DNA from: Malacoraja senta | Taxonomy: Eukaryota | Length of the DNA: 64,000 nucleotides | Reading direction: 5' to 3' | Assembly (NCBI GenBank): GCA_038087875.1 | Contig: JAXLNO010000600.1 | Location: 310,001 to 374,000, forward strand | In this document: piece by piece, positions 1-11,794 of the stretch | How the letters are laid out: every line of letters begins with the position of its first letter | How positions within the stretch are numbered: position 1 is the first letter of the stretch | Position numbers and translations under genes: made by a program | Notes under the pieces: model-generated | The model's input: only the letters and a program-made list of their open reading frames with translations | What the model was told of the DNA's origin: nothing | The model's database searches: none

Positions 1-3
1 AAA

Positions 4-3000
4 GTGAATGTAATGTCAATAAGCCTTTTTAAGAAGATAAGGAATAATGAGCTAATGATTGCAGACCGTTCCACTCTGCACGCCTATGGAGGCGAGGTGC
101 TGAGACCGCTGGGAAAAGCTACTTTCACTTGTGTGCTGAAAAAGACAACGAGTGCCTTGACTTTTTATGTTTTGAACTCTGACTGTGTGACTCTGTTGGG
201 CGACCAGGCATGCCAGGATCTGGGCCTGGTGTCGTTTGACAGAACGGTCCACAAGGTGATGATATCGGTAGACCCGGTAAAGGAATACCCAGACCTGTTT
301 AATGATGAACTGGGCAAGCTGCCTATTACCTACAAAATTGCTACTGATCCAAAGGTGTCACCTGTAATTCGTGCTCCGCACAGAGTGTCTCATGCCATGA
401 AGGACAAAGTCGAGTCCATGTTGAACGACATGGTCACCATGGGGGTGCTAGAGGCGGTCAGTGAGCCCACCGAGTGGGTGTCCACCATGGTTGCCACGTT
501 AAAAAAGGACAAGAATGAAATTCGTGTGTGTATCAACCCTAAAGACTTGAACCTTGCCATCAGGCGCCCCCACTACCCCATGAGGACAGTTGAGGATGTT
601 GCAGCCCAGGTCGGACAGGCCACCGTCTTCTCTGTTCTCAACGCAAAAAGCTTGTTTTGGCAGATACCACTGGACAAGGGGTCTTCGGATCTTACCACGT
701 TCTCTACACCGTTCGGCAGATTCAAGTTCCTGCGAATGCCATTCGGCATCAACTCTGCCAGCGAGGTGTTCCAGAGGACCATGGAACAGCTGTTCGCTGG
801 CCTGCCGTGCGCCATCATCGTTGATGACATCCTGGTCTACGGGAGAGACGTGGTGGAGCACGACCAAAACCTACGGCGTGTCCTGGAGCGGGCACGACAG
901 ATAAACCTCAAACTCAACCCCAAGAAGTGCAGATTCCGGGTATCCGAGGTCACTTACGTTGGCCATGTCTTCACTCCTGCCGGACTCAAGCCTGATCCTT
1001 TGAAAGCTGCCGCTATCACTGAGATGCTTGCCCCCACCGACGTGCTCAGTCTACAGCGCTTCCTGGGCATGGTGAACTATCTTGGGAAATGTATTCCCAA
1101 CCTTAGCGAACTGAGCTCGTCCTTGCGACAACTGACTAGAAAAGACACCGCCTGGTCCTGGTTCCCGCAGCACCAGCAGGCTTTTGATACTTTAAAGTCT
1201 AAGCTGGTCAGCATTCCTACTCTGACGTTTTTCGACCTGAAGCGCCCCATCACCGTCACCTGTGACGCCTCGCGATTCGGGCTTGGCGCAGCCTGCCTAC
1301 AGTCCTCTGCAGGTGGCTCCCTGCTCCCTGTCTCCTATGTTTCCCGTACCATGACCGACACCGAACAACGCTATGCACAGATCGAAAAGGAGCTGCTCGC
1401 CGTCGTTTTCGCCTGCTCTAAGTTCAAGGACTTTCTTTTCGGGAATTCTTTCACGGTTGAGACTGACCACCAGCCATTGGTGACCATCCTGAGTAAGCCG
1501 ATCCATGTCGCACCTGCCAGGCTGCAACGTATGATGATGCAGCTCCAGCGTTTCGACTTCACCATTGTCTACAAAAAGGGTACTGATATGCACGTTGCCG
1601 ACACCCTCTCTCGCGCCCCTCACGCCACCTGTGATCAACACCCCTACGAACGGGAAGACCTTCTGGTGCTCGGCGTTGACTTTGTCCCCACTAAGCAGCT
1701 TCAGTGCCTATCCGAGCATACTGCCGCCGACCCCGCTTTGCAGCTACTTTCTTCAGTGAAAAAAAGGGGTTGGCCGAGCAAGCGCGCCAGTGCGCCCGCA
1801 GAGACACAGCCTTTTTTCCTAGTTTGCGACGAACTGGTCATCCAAGACGGCGTTATTGTTAAGGGCCACAAGGTCGTGGTCCCCTCCTCCCTGTATGACA
1901 AGTACTATAGCGTGGCCCACATCGGGCACCCGGCCGTTGATGCCACGATCGCCCACGCACAGTTGCAATTCTACTGGCCTGGAATGGCTAAGTACATTCA
2001 GGACCGTGTCTCGTCTTGCTCTACCTGCAACAGCCTTGCGTCCCACCAGCAAAGGCAGCCCCTTTTGCAACAACCCGCGCCTGCCCTGGCCTGGACCTCG
2101 GTGGCCGCCGACATTTTCGAGTGGCTTGGTAAACACTACCTCGTCCTTGCTGACTCCTACTCGAACTGGTTTGAGGTTGACCTCCCTCATGTCCGAGATG
2201 GTCATCCGTAAGCTGAGGAGACATTTTTCCACTTTCGGCTCGCCTGTGAGTCTGCAGACCGACAACGGCAGGCAGTTTACCAGCCAGGAGTTCAAGAACT
2301 TTGCCAACAAGTGGAACTTCCTCCACTTCACGAGCAGCCCTGAGTACCCGCAGAGTAACGGGCTTGCTGAGCGGGCTGTCCGGAGTGCCAAACTACTAAT
2401 GGAGCAAGCGCGCCTGGCGAATTCCGATTTTTACCTCGACCTCCTGAACCTAAGGAACATTTCCAGGGATTGCTCAACACAAGCTGCTGCCTCGAGTGCT
2501 GGAGCCTGCCTCCGTCCAGACGCGCATTCAGGCTAAGCATGACATCGAAAGACGGTCACATGATAGATCGTGCAAGCCTCTGCTGCTTGGACAGGCCGTT
2601 CGTCTACATACTGCTAGCGGATATTCCCGTCTGGCCACCCTGGTTGGCATTGCCGATGCGCCTCGTTCGTACCTTGTGGACTTTGAAGGGACTGTCTACC
2701 GCAGGAGTCGTCAGCACCTGCTTGCAGTACAGGAGCCGCTCCCGCAGGCAGCCGGACCTTACGCTCCGCCGCTGCAGTTCCAGCCATCCGCTGCTGATCC
2801 CGTTGCCGGCCCCTGCATGCCTCAGTCCCCTCGCGTGTTTTGTTCACCTCCGCGTGGGTCGCCCATTGCTAACCGCTTTCCTAGCCCTCCTGCACGTTTG
2901 TCCCCCTTGCCGCTTTCTGTTTCCCCACCGGCTTCGTCGCCTCCGGGTTTGGGTCTTTCTGGTGAGGGGGGGGGGAAGGGTTGGTCCGTACGCGCTCGGG

Positions 3001-3056
3001 CCGTGTCAGCAAGCCGCCCGTTCGGTATGGTGATTTTGTTTAAGTCGTTGCCATAG
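4..3056 (+). pseudogene. Gypsy pol polyprotein, disrupted
   Basis: ORF 4-2211 has RT (RMPFG, IIVDD), RNase H (TCDAS, YAQIEKE, ETDH) and an integrase zinc finger (HIGH...CSTC). After a frameshift near 2190 the integrase core continues (LQTDNG, PQSNGLAERAV). C-terminal PRSYLV...YRRSRQHL is in a third frame. Confidence 0.9.
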
Positions 3057-3097
3057 TTATCCACCATGTTTAATCATGTGTTCATGTTTAATCTTCT

Positions 3098-3108
3098 AAG
3101 GGGAAGGA
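3098..3108 (+). other. Polypurine tract of Gypsy element
   Basis: AAGGGGAAGGA immediately before the TG that starts the LTR. Confidence 0.85.
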
Positions 3109-3338
3109 TGTAGATGGTTTATGCATGCAACCAATCACATAGCTACCTCACCACTACTAACCCCGCCTTAAGTATCATTTATAATAACGCCTGCTTCACC
3201 TTCTGCGCAGTGCAGTAGCAGACTGGAATCAGTGACTACTCATGTATTGTTTAACTCTGTATACTTATTAAAAGACTATTATAATGTCACACGTGTGTAA
3301 TGACTATTTACACTTAAGAAGAACAAGATATAATTACA
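3109..3338 (+). repeat. 3' LTR (~230 bp)
   Basis: Starts TGTA right after the PPT, contains an AT-rich TATA-like stretch and ATTAAA, and ends TACA. The right edge is ambiguous because AATTACA also fits the adjoining CR1 (NYRPV). Confidence 0.7.
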
Positions 3339-3680
3339 GGCCAGTAATTCTAACAGCAATGCTAGGGGAGGTATTGGAAAACATCCTGAGGGACAGGATA
3401 CACTTGGAAAGACAGGGATTAATCTAAGTTAGCAGGGGTTAGTTAGGGAGGAAAACTTTCAACAGATTACATTTTCCCCCAATGCTGACAAAATGTATTG
3501 ATGAGGCAGTGTAGTTGATGTAGTCTACGTGGACTTCAGGAAAGCTTTTGACAAAATCACAACGGAAACTGGACCATATGAGATCCAGGACATGTAAACA
3601 AATTGAATCCACATTGCTTGAGAACAGGAAGCAAAGAGTGATGTGGAAGGGTTGCTTTTGTGATTGGATCCCTATGTCCG
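3332..3680 (+). mobile_element. Degenerate CR1 LINE RT fragment (apparent host of the Gypsy insertion)
   Basis: Translates to NYRPVILTAMLGEVLE and VDVVYVDFRKAFDKI. Confidence 0.7.
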
Positions 3681-4006
3681 AAGGTATTTAGAGTCATATA
3701 GCGCAGAAAGACGCTTCTGCCCAACTCGTCCCTGCCGACCAAGAAGCTCCATTTAAGCTAGTTCCTTTTGCCGCCACTTTGTCCATATCTCTCTCAACCT
3801 CTCCCATCCAAATGTCTTTTTGGAGACCTGCCTCAACTACCTCCTCTGGTAACTCATTCCATATTCTCACCACTCTGAGTGAAAAAGTTGCCATACAGGT
3901 TCCTATTCAATCTTCCCCCTCTAACCTTAAACCTATGTCCTCTAGTTTTTGATTCCCCTACCTTGGGTAAAAGACTCTGTGCATTCACCATGTTAATTTC
4001 CCTCAT

Positions 4007-4178
4007 CTTTTTCTTCTTCTTCTTCTTCTTCTTCTTCTTCTTCTTGCATATGGCATGCACAGCGTAAAGTTGTAGGACAACTTGTTCTGTTTGATCTTAT
4101 TTAATTGTGCAAGCCGGGTTGATTGCATTCATTGAAACAGGGCGGACCACGTGAAGGTTGCAATCTTCCACCCAAATC
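4007..4178 (-). mobile_element. Short non-autonomous non-LTR retroelement (Ingi/Vingi-like) with (GAA)n tail
   Basis: 9-bp TSD TTCCCTCAT at 3998-4006 and 4179-4187. Its 3' end GCAAGAAGAAG... is shared with the LINE fragment at 55289-55776. Confidence 0.75.
4121..4174 (-). ncRNA. HDV/CPEB3-like self-cleaving ribozyme fold (this copy probably inactive)
   Basis: Minus strand: P1 GGGUGG/CCGCCC, P2 GAUUGCA/UGCAAUC, P3 ACC/GGU, L3 UUCACGU, J1/4 GU. J4/2 reads UGAA instead of CGAA. Confidence 0.75.
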
Positions 4179-5085
4179 TTCCCTCATGATTTTATCCACC
4201 CAACTCTACACTCATTCTCTTGTGCTCCAAGGAATAAAGTCCTAGCTTGCCCAATCTCTCCCTATAGCTCAAATACTGGCATCATCCAGCTTAATGACAT
4301 CCTTCCTGTAGTAGGGTGACCAAAACTGAACACTACTCCAAATGTGGCCTCACTAAAACATCTTGTACAACTAACAGAACGTCCCAACTTCTATACTCAA
4401 CACCCTGACTGATGAAGGCCAAGGTACCAAAAGCCTTCTTTACCACCATATCTACCTGTGATGCCACGTTTAGGGAACTATGCACCTACAATATACATTC
4501 AGATCGGTCTGCACTATAACACTCCCCAGAGCCCTACCATTCACTGTGAACCTCCTCCCCTGGTTTGACTTCCTAAAATGTAACACTTCACACTTATCTG
4601 TATTGAACTCCATTAGCCATTCTTCTGATCAGTTGATCGAGCCATGGTTTTTTTTGTAGAAACTACTACTATTTTATACACATTAATAAATGGATATTAA
4701 TGTAGATATGAATGCATGATCAGTAAATGTGCATATGATGTGGACATTGGTGATTTTGTGAGGATAGTGTTAGGCTGCAGGATGATATTGATTAGCTGAT
4801 TAGGCGTGGGGTGGGGAGAGCAATGGCAGAAGAAATTTAATCCTGATAAGTGTAAGATGATGCGCTTTGGGTGAACAAATAACCGAGGTCCCTCATTGAT
4901 CCTTGCAGAACACCACTGGTTGCGGATGCCAGTAAAAATATCCATGGATCCAATGTGCCTTAATTTTCCGGGTCAGCCTACCATGAGGGATTTTGTCGAA
5001 AGCTTTATTAAAGTCCATGAATACAACATCCAATGCTCTGCCTTCATCAATCACCTTTGTCAAAATGCTCAATTAAGTTTGTAAG

Positions 5086-5642
5086 ATCAAGTCAAGAGTC
5101 AAGTCAAGAGTGTTTTATTGTCATATGTCCCAGATAAAACAATGAAATTCTTACTTGCTGCAAGAGAATATGTAAACATAATAAATAGTATAACAAAAAC
5201 TCAGAAAAAAAAGAACAAACAATAACAGTGCAATAATAATAATAATAATAGTCTATCGTAGTTCATAGACAATAGGTGCAGGAGTAGGCTATTTGGCCCT
5301 TCGACCCAGCACCGCCATTCAATGTGATCATGGCTGATCATCCCCAATCAGTACCTTGTTCCTGCCTTCTCCCCATATCCCCTGATTCCGCTATCTAGCC
5401 CTATCTAGCTTATGATGTTGTAGTGTTTAATAGCCTGATGGCTGTAGGGAAGAAGCTGTTCCTGTACCTGGACTTTACAGTTTTCAGGCTCCTGTACCTT
5501 CTTCCCGATGGCAGTGGTGAGATGAGTGTGGCCAGGATGGTGTGGGTCTTTGATGATGTTGGCTGCCTTTTTGAGGCAGCGACTACAATAGATCCCTTCG
5601 ATGGTGGGGAGGTCAGAGCCGGTGATGGACTGGGCAGTGTTT
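5086..5642 (-). mobile_element. Rex1/Babar LINE 3' end with a CR1 3' tail inserted at ~5266-5400
   Basis: (CTTGA)n tail and homology to 21330-21750. Confidence 0.8.
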
Positions 5643-6109
5643 ATTCACACAAATATCACCTCCCCACACAAAGCAATGCTGACTACACCTAATAAGTCTG
5701 CTTTTCCTGATCCTATAATTTGCAGGTGCGCCTCAAAACAGATACACCATTGGCTATTCTCCAATCCTCTTGGACCACCTCTGTGACTAAAGTTTACCTC
5801 TCTTAATAATCTGGGATAAATCATATCAGGCCCTGGGGACATCCACCTTTATGTTCTTCGATTGACCCAACAACTGAAGAAGGATCTCAACCCGAAACGT
5901 CACCCATTCCTTCTTTCCAGAGATGCCTGTCCCGCTGAGTTACTCCAGCAATTTGTGCATATCTTCGGAGTAAACCAGCATCAACAGTCCCTTCCTACAC
6001 ACCTCCTTGATATCGCTCATTGCTCTAGATTAGAACATCAACGTACCCTCCGTGATCTCATCATCTCCCATGTCCTTGTGAATATTAATGCAAAACACTA
6101 ATTTAGTAT

Positions 6110-6590
6110 GTCGCCCACTTCATTTGCAGCGTTAAGTCGGCTTGGACATGGTCGGCAAAACGAGACTCGGCCTTCAATGCCCGATGACTCGACAATAAAT
6201 ACCCACTTACGCGAACATTTAGTGGGTGGAACAGTTTAAGCGCCGAAGGCGTCGCTATGTACAGTGTGTTTTTTAAAATTATGCGTTGCAGGTCGGAAGC
6301 TTATTTTAGTGGCACTACGGTAATCCTGTGAAACAGTGGAGCACAAGGCTGCAGGGAAAGTTGAGATAGCGTCGGTAAACCGGAGACTGAGCCACCGTAG
6401 AATCCGCATTCAAAGGGCGATTGAAGCAAGAGATTAAGCGTTGGATTGAAGACGAAGAGTGGAAGCTGACTGAAGTGCCGGTCATAGAGTCTGACCGCTT
6501 TGGGGTGGCGTTGTTTCGGCATTTACCCCCACGAAGTCTTCGGAGCGAGAAATATAACGTGAGCGAAACGTGTGTGTTGAACGTAGGGGG
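6110..6590. promoter_or_regulatory. CpG-rich, repeat-free segment; candidate ABCB6 promoter and non-coding first exon
   Basis: Many CpGs against a CpG-poor background, a CGGAAG ETS-like motif, and + strand donors ACG|GTAATC (~6330) and AAC|GTGAGC (6559). The ATG exon has a splice acceptor, so an upstream exon is implied. Confidence 0.5.
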
Positions 6591-7204
6591 GAGAACAAGG
6601 TTAATGAAGCTGGAGTAACTCAGGGGGGCAGGCAGCATCTCTGGAGAGATTAGGAATGGATGATGTTTCGGGTCGAGACCCTTCTGAAGCTGCTTAGTTG
6701 TATTCCGCTCAGTTTATTTCAAGTAATGAGCGCCTCTGCATTTATGAAATCAAAAGAGATTGATCTTAAGCTTACAGCAAACTGCATTGGATGCGGTATA
6801 TGCCTATTTGTGGGAGCATGGACTGCTGTTTGGCTCAGCTGATCATGACACTGACAGTGTGTACCATGTATGGGGTGTTATATAACTTAAAAAACGGCAA
6901 GTGGTATTGCAATAAATTGAGTAAAGCCATGAGACCAAATGCAGGAATGTCCTGTGGGAAGCCTTGTGATGGATGGATGCCTTTCCATTTTGTACATTTA
7001 TCAATGCTGTCTGGTAACCCAGATAAACTTATACTGCCTGCCCCCACCCACCTTGTCCTGACTGTATCTGATCCTGGGTATGTGACCCTCCCAGTCTTTA
7101 TGTTGCATCTTATCACTTATTGTTAACAACAGCACTCCAGGTCAAAGTTAATTGCAGACCTAGTGAAAACTCGTTATCTACACGAGTTAATAATAATTAT
7201 AATA

Positions 7205-7575
7205 ATAAATACTTTATTGATCCCCTCAGGGAAATTCAGATGTCCAGAAGCCAACAACCAACAAACCCACACATTCAGAACGAAAGCAGACAAAAACTAT
7301 ATAAAATACAATATGGACAATACCTGAAAGCAATAAATACATAAAAAGACCCAATAATTAACTATTAAAAAATGCAAAGCATCCCCATACAGCCTAGTAT
7401 TATAAAATCTAATGGCTGCAGGGGTGAAGGATCTCCTGAACTGCTCCGTTCTACAGCGCAGGGAGAGGAGCCGGTTGTTGTTCCGTGTGCTCTTTTGACC
7501 CTCCAGAATTTCATGGAGGGGGTGCCCGGAGTTGTCGAGGATGACCTGCACCTTGCTCCTCATACACCTCTCAAG
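7205..7575 (-). mobile_element. Rex1/Babar-like LINE 3' fragment (second family)
   Basis: ILDNSGHPLH...RCRTEQFRRSFTPAAIRFYN, related to 58955-59920. Confidence 0.7.
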
Positions 7576-9616
7576 CACATCCCAAACACTCCCCACCACC
7601 CCTCAATGCATGTTCACTTCTTTCAAAGTGTGGAACCACAATGCAGAAACCCAAGAAGAATTAATTTACAGGCCTCATGAGAGGAATCATAGAATGAATG
7701 GAAAACAATTGTTAGGAACAAGCTACTGGGGTTGGTGGTTGAAGCAAAAAGTGACATTTAAAAGACTTGAATAAGCCAATGGATATGCAGGAAATGGAAG
7801 GATATCGGTTATGTGCAGGTAAATAAGTGATGATCTTGGTATGTTCAGCACAGACATTGGGCCAAAGGGCCTGTCCGTGTTCTGTACTACTATGCTCTAT
7901 GTCATCAGGTGTTCATCTAATGTAATCATACGATCTAAGTTCATAAGAGATAGTAGCAGAATTAGCCCATTCGGCCTATAAAGTCTCTCTCCTAACCCTA
8001 TTCTCCTGCCTTCACCCCATAACCTCTGACACCCGTACTAATCAAGAATCTGTCTATCCCTGCCTTAAAAATATCCATTGACTTGAATCTGTGGCCTAGA
8101 ATTCCACAGATTCACCACCCCCTGACTAAAGAAATTCCTCTTGTAATAATCTTGGAGACGTTTTTATTTTTCAGACCAGGCAGCACAAAGTGGCAAAAGG
8201 AACTAGCAGAATAAGTTCATTAAAAAAAAAAATTGGATGTTAATTAATAATATCACACAGCATGGAAGCAGTGTGTTCTCCCCAAAGAGTCTATCTTGGT
8301 GATCAAGCACCCAATTACGCTAATCCCATTTTATGCTTCTGATTTCCCCATCACTGCTACCACTGCATCCAGATTCTACCACTGAAGAAGGGTTTCGGCC
8401 CGAAACGTTACCTATTACCTTCGCTCCATAGATGCTGCTGCACCCGCTGAGTTTCTCCAGCATTTTTGTGTACCTTCTACCACTCATAGTTGAACAACAT
8501 GCAAAGGTGTTTCACTGGACAAGTGGTTGGTGGGGATTGAATAGAATGGGTTTATATTATTTTATTCTGTAGATTTTTGAAGAACAGGAAGCAATTTTTT
8601 GGGGAATGTTAATTTTTATTGTTGGAGACAAAGGAATTGTAGATGCTGGAATCTAGAGAATACACAAAGTGTGAGAGAAACTCAGTGGATCAGGTAGCCT
8701 CGGGTTGAGCCTCTTTACACATTGTAGTATGAGCGAGAAAGCTGGACATGGGAGGCAGGGGCAGGACAAAGCTGGAAAGTAATGGGTATATGGGAGAGGA
8801 GGGGTAGGGTAAGGTGAGTGACAAAGGCTAGATGTGAAAAGGAGACAAAAGGGTGTCAGATAAGGAAAGAAGAGGCAATGTAATGCCAGAGAGAGGGATA
8901 GAGGTGGAGGGGGAGGGGGGTGGTGGGGGAGGGGGGAGGTGGTGTTAAGAGTCAAGAGTTTTATTGTCATGTGTCCCAGCTAGGACAATGAAATTCTTGC
9001 TTGCTGCAGCACAACAGAATATGTAAGCATAATACAGAACAGGAGATAAAAGTTCAGTGTGTCTAAATATCATTATATACCAGTGTGTCTATATACCAAT
9101 AGGCATTGTTGATCAGATGTAGTAAGGTTGTTACTATTAGCTGGAGGTACACAAAAATGCTGGAGAAACTCAGCGGGTGGAGAAACTCAGGGTTTCGGCC
9201 CGAAACGTTACCTATTTCCTTCGCTCCATAGATGCTGCTGCACCCGCTGAGTTTCTCCAGCATTTTTGTGTACCTTCGATTTTCCAGCATCTGCAGTTCC
9301 TTCTTTAACACTATTAGCTGGATGTAGTTTATGTATAAGTGATTTGGTGGTTTAGGAGGTGGTGGTGAGATGAAAAATGACTTCACTCAGGTTTATTAAT
9401 TCAGTGCCCCTAGCTGGCAGTGAATATTCATTCAATGATTATAGACCAAGGCTGAGATCAATCAATTTTGAGAACAAGCAGCCCAAAGGGTAGAACATTT
9501 GGACTGAAAAGAAGTGTCAACCATGATCTAATTGAACAGTGAAAAGTGCTTTTAGGAGCTAACTGACCTATTTCTTATGATCTTGAAATTCATTGCTTTT
9601 AGGTTTTGTGCAATTA

Positions 9617-9900
9617 GGGCAGTACGGTGGCGCAGCGGCAGAGTTGCTGCCTTACAGCGCCAGAGACCCAGGTTCGATCCTGACTATGGGTGCTGTCTGT
9701 ACGGAATTTGTACGTTCTGCTTGTGACCTGCACAGGAAACTGTGAGCCTCCGGGTTCTTCCCACACACCAAAGGCATAAATGTAAATTGTCCCTAGTGTG
9801 TGTAGGATAGTGTTCATGTGCGGGGATCGCTGGTCGGCACGGACTTGGTGGGTCGAAGGGCCTGTTTCCGCGCTGTATCTCTAAACTAAACTAAACTAAA
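9617..9900 (+). mobile_element. tRNA-derived HE1/V-SINE-type SINE
   Basis: A box TGGCGCAGCGG, B box GGTTCGATCC, CR1-like 3' end and (CTAAA)n tail. Confidence 0.85.
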
Positions 9901-10217
9901 AAAGTTTGAAGTAGGGTCTTGACCCGAAACGTCACCCTTTCCTTCTCTCCAGGGATGCTGCCTGTCCCGCTGAGTTACTCCAGCATTTTTTGTCTACCTT
10001 AAACTAAAAAACTAATCAGCCTGCACTCAGTGTTATTAAACATATTGTTGAGAAATAGTTGGTTAGTGCAATAATAGCATGCAAAGTATATTGGTTCACC
10101 AATGAATGCTTGTGAGTTGATATTATATGCATTATGTTTTTGTTAACTTCTGCAATTATAATTGTTAATTTCTTACATTCTGAATTTGTTTTATTTCACA
10201 GCTGTGTGTTCGAAACA

Positions 10218-10733
10218 ATGGTCAATCTTGAAGGTTACTGTGAGGGCAACTCATCCTTGTCAGAAGTATGGATTCAACATGGACTATTCCCATGTTTTTA
10301 TTTCACCCTTGTTTCAACAGTACTTTTGAGCATTGTCTTCTTTCTTGGTGCACTGCAGTGTGCTTGTTACAATATATATGGCACCACCATGGAGCCAAAG
10401 CACGTACCTCGCTCTCGTCTGTTCCACCTTCAGTTGTTGCTAACAATAATCCTGCTGCTGCAGTTTGCAACCTACATCCTCTGGCAGGTCTTCAGCTTGG
10501 ACACCATCTACGGATACATGATTGTATATTCTTGCCTATCTCTCATCGGATGGGCATGTACCATCTTCCTGCTACACTTGGAGCGCAAAAGGGTGATGGT
10601 GCGCGACAGAACGCGTGGCCATGGTACTATTCTATTACTTTTCTGGGCTCTGGGATTTGCAGCGGAGAATCTGGCATTTGTGTCGTGGAAAAGTCCTCTA
10701 TGGTGGTGGTCCCTGGACAATACTGACCAGAAG
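10218..10733 (+). CDS. ABCB6: ABCB6 coding exon 1 (TMD0 domain)
   Basis: MVNLEGYCEGNSSLSEVWIQHGLFPCFYFTLV...GHGTILLLFWALGFAAENLAFVSWKSPLWWW matches the ABCB6 N-terminus. Acceptor TTTCACAG ends at 10201; donor AAG|GTATGT. Confidence 0.95.
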
Positions 10734-10879
10734 GTATGTTCTGGAAATATCATTTAATATGGAGGTAAATGTTCATTAAATGTTTAAAACTGAGTTTTCA
10801 CAGATCCAGTAACCGGTGACATACCTGTAAGTTGGGTATTTATTGTGACCTATGGCGGGGAATTGATTAAAGCTGAGAT

Positions 10880-11636
10880 TACTATCTAAATGGCTAATTT
10901 GATAGTAAGTTGGGAAAAGGGGAAGTACAACGGGATCTGGGGGGTCCTTGTTCATCAGTCTATGAAAGTAAGCATGCAGGTACAGCAGGCAGTGAAGAAA
11001 GCGAATGGCATGTTGGCCTTTATAACAAGAGGAGTCGAATATAGGAGCAAAGAGGTCCTTCTACAGTTGTACAGAGCCCCAGTGAGACCACACCTGGAGT
11101 ATTGTATGCAGTTTTGGTCCCCTAATTTGAGGAAGGACATTTTTGCTATTGAGGGAGTGCAGCGTAGGTTTACAAGGTTAATTCCCGGGATGGCGGGACT
11201 GTCATCTGCTGAGAGAATGGAGCGGCTGGGCTTGTACACTCTGGTGTTTAGAAGGATGAGAGGGAATCTCATTGAAACATGTAAGATTGTTAAGGGTTTG
11301 GACATGCTCGAGGCAGGAAACATGTTCCCGATGTTGGGGCAGTCCAGAACCAGGGGCCACAGTTTAAGAATAAGGAGTAAGCCATTTAGAACGGAGACGA
11401 GGAAACACTTTTTCTCACAGAGAGTTGTGAGTCTGTGGAATTCTCTGCCTCAGAGGGCGGTGGAGGCAGGTTCTCTGGATGCTTTCAAGAGAGAGCTAGA
11501 TAGGGCTCTTAAAAATAGGGGATATGGGGAGAAGGCAGGAACGGGGTACTGATTGGGAATGATCAGCCATGATCACATTAAATGGCGGTGCTGGCTCGAA
11601 GGGCCAAATGGCCTACTCCTGCACCTATTGTCTATT
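10880..11636 (+). mobile_element. CR1 LINE 3' portion
   Basis: [25 protein letters not shown] and WNSLP motifs; (ATTGTCT)n tail. Confidence 0.92.
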
Positions 11637-11794
11637 GAATGTTTCATGTTGGGGACTTTGCATTAATCAAATCATGCTTTGTTAACATTACACTTGTTCA
11701 CCATCCTGGTAAAGAGCCATGAAGATCAGCCATCATAATCAATTGATATAATACAAGCTTGGTTATGTGCGAGAACAGCCCCCCAAAAATGTTA

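Larger units (their letters stand above)
1..3338 (+). mobile_element. Ty3/Gypsy LTR retrotransposon, 3' portion (5' end outside window)
   Basis: Domain order is protease remnant, RT, RNase H, integrase, followed by a polypurine tract and a TGTA...TACA LTR. Confidence 0.95.
3690..4625 (-). mobile_element. CR1 LINE 3' fragment, interrupted at 4007-4178
   Basis: Minus-strand TRGHRFKVRG, FFTQ and WNELPEEVVEAG motifs. Confidence 0.8.

Noticed and set aside
3854..4067. Poly-Lys / poly-Phe ORFs
   Set aside because: Translation of the (GAA)n retroelement tail
6421..6618. Short ORF in the CpG-rich region
   Set aside because: Non-ATG start, no recognisable homology, and it runs into a repeat
9617..9690. 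tRNA gene
   Set aside because: A and B boxes belong to a SINE head that continues into the SINE body and tail
10134..10217. N-terminal extension of ABCB6 from the ORF track
   Set aside because: Mostly intronic pyrimidine-rich tract before the acceptor at 10201; homology starts at ATG 10218
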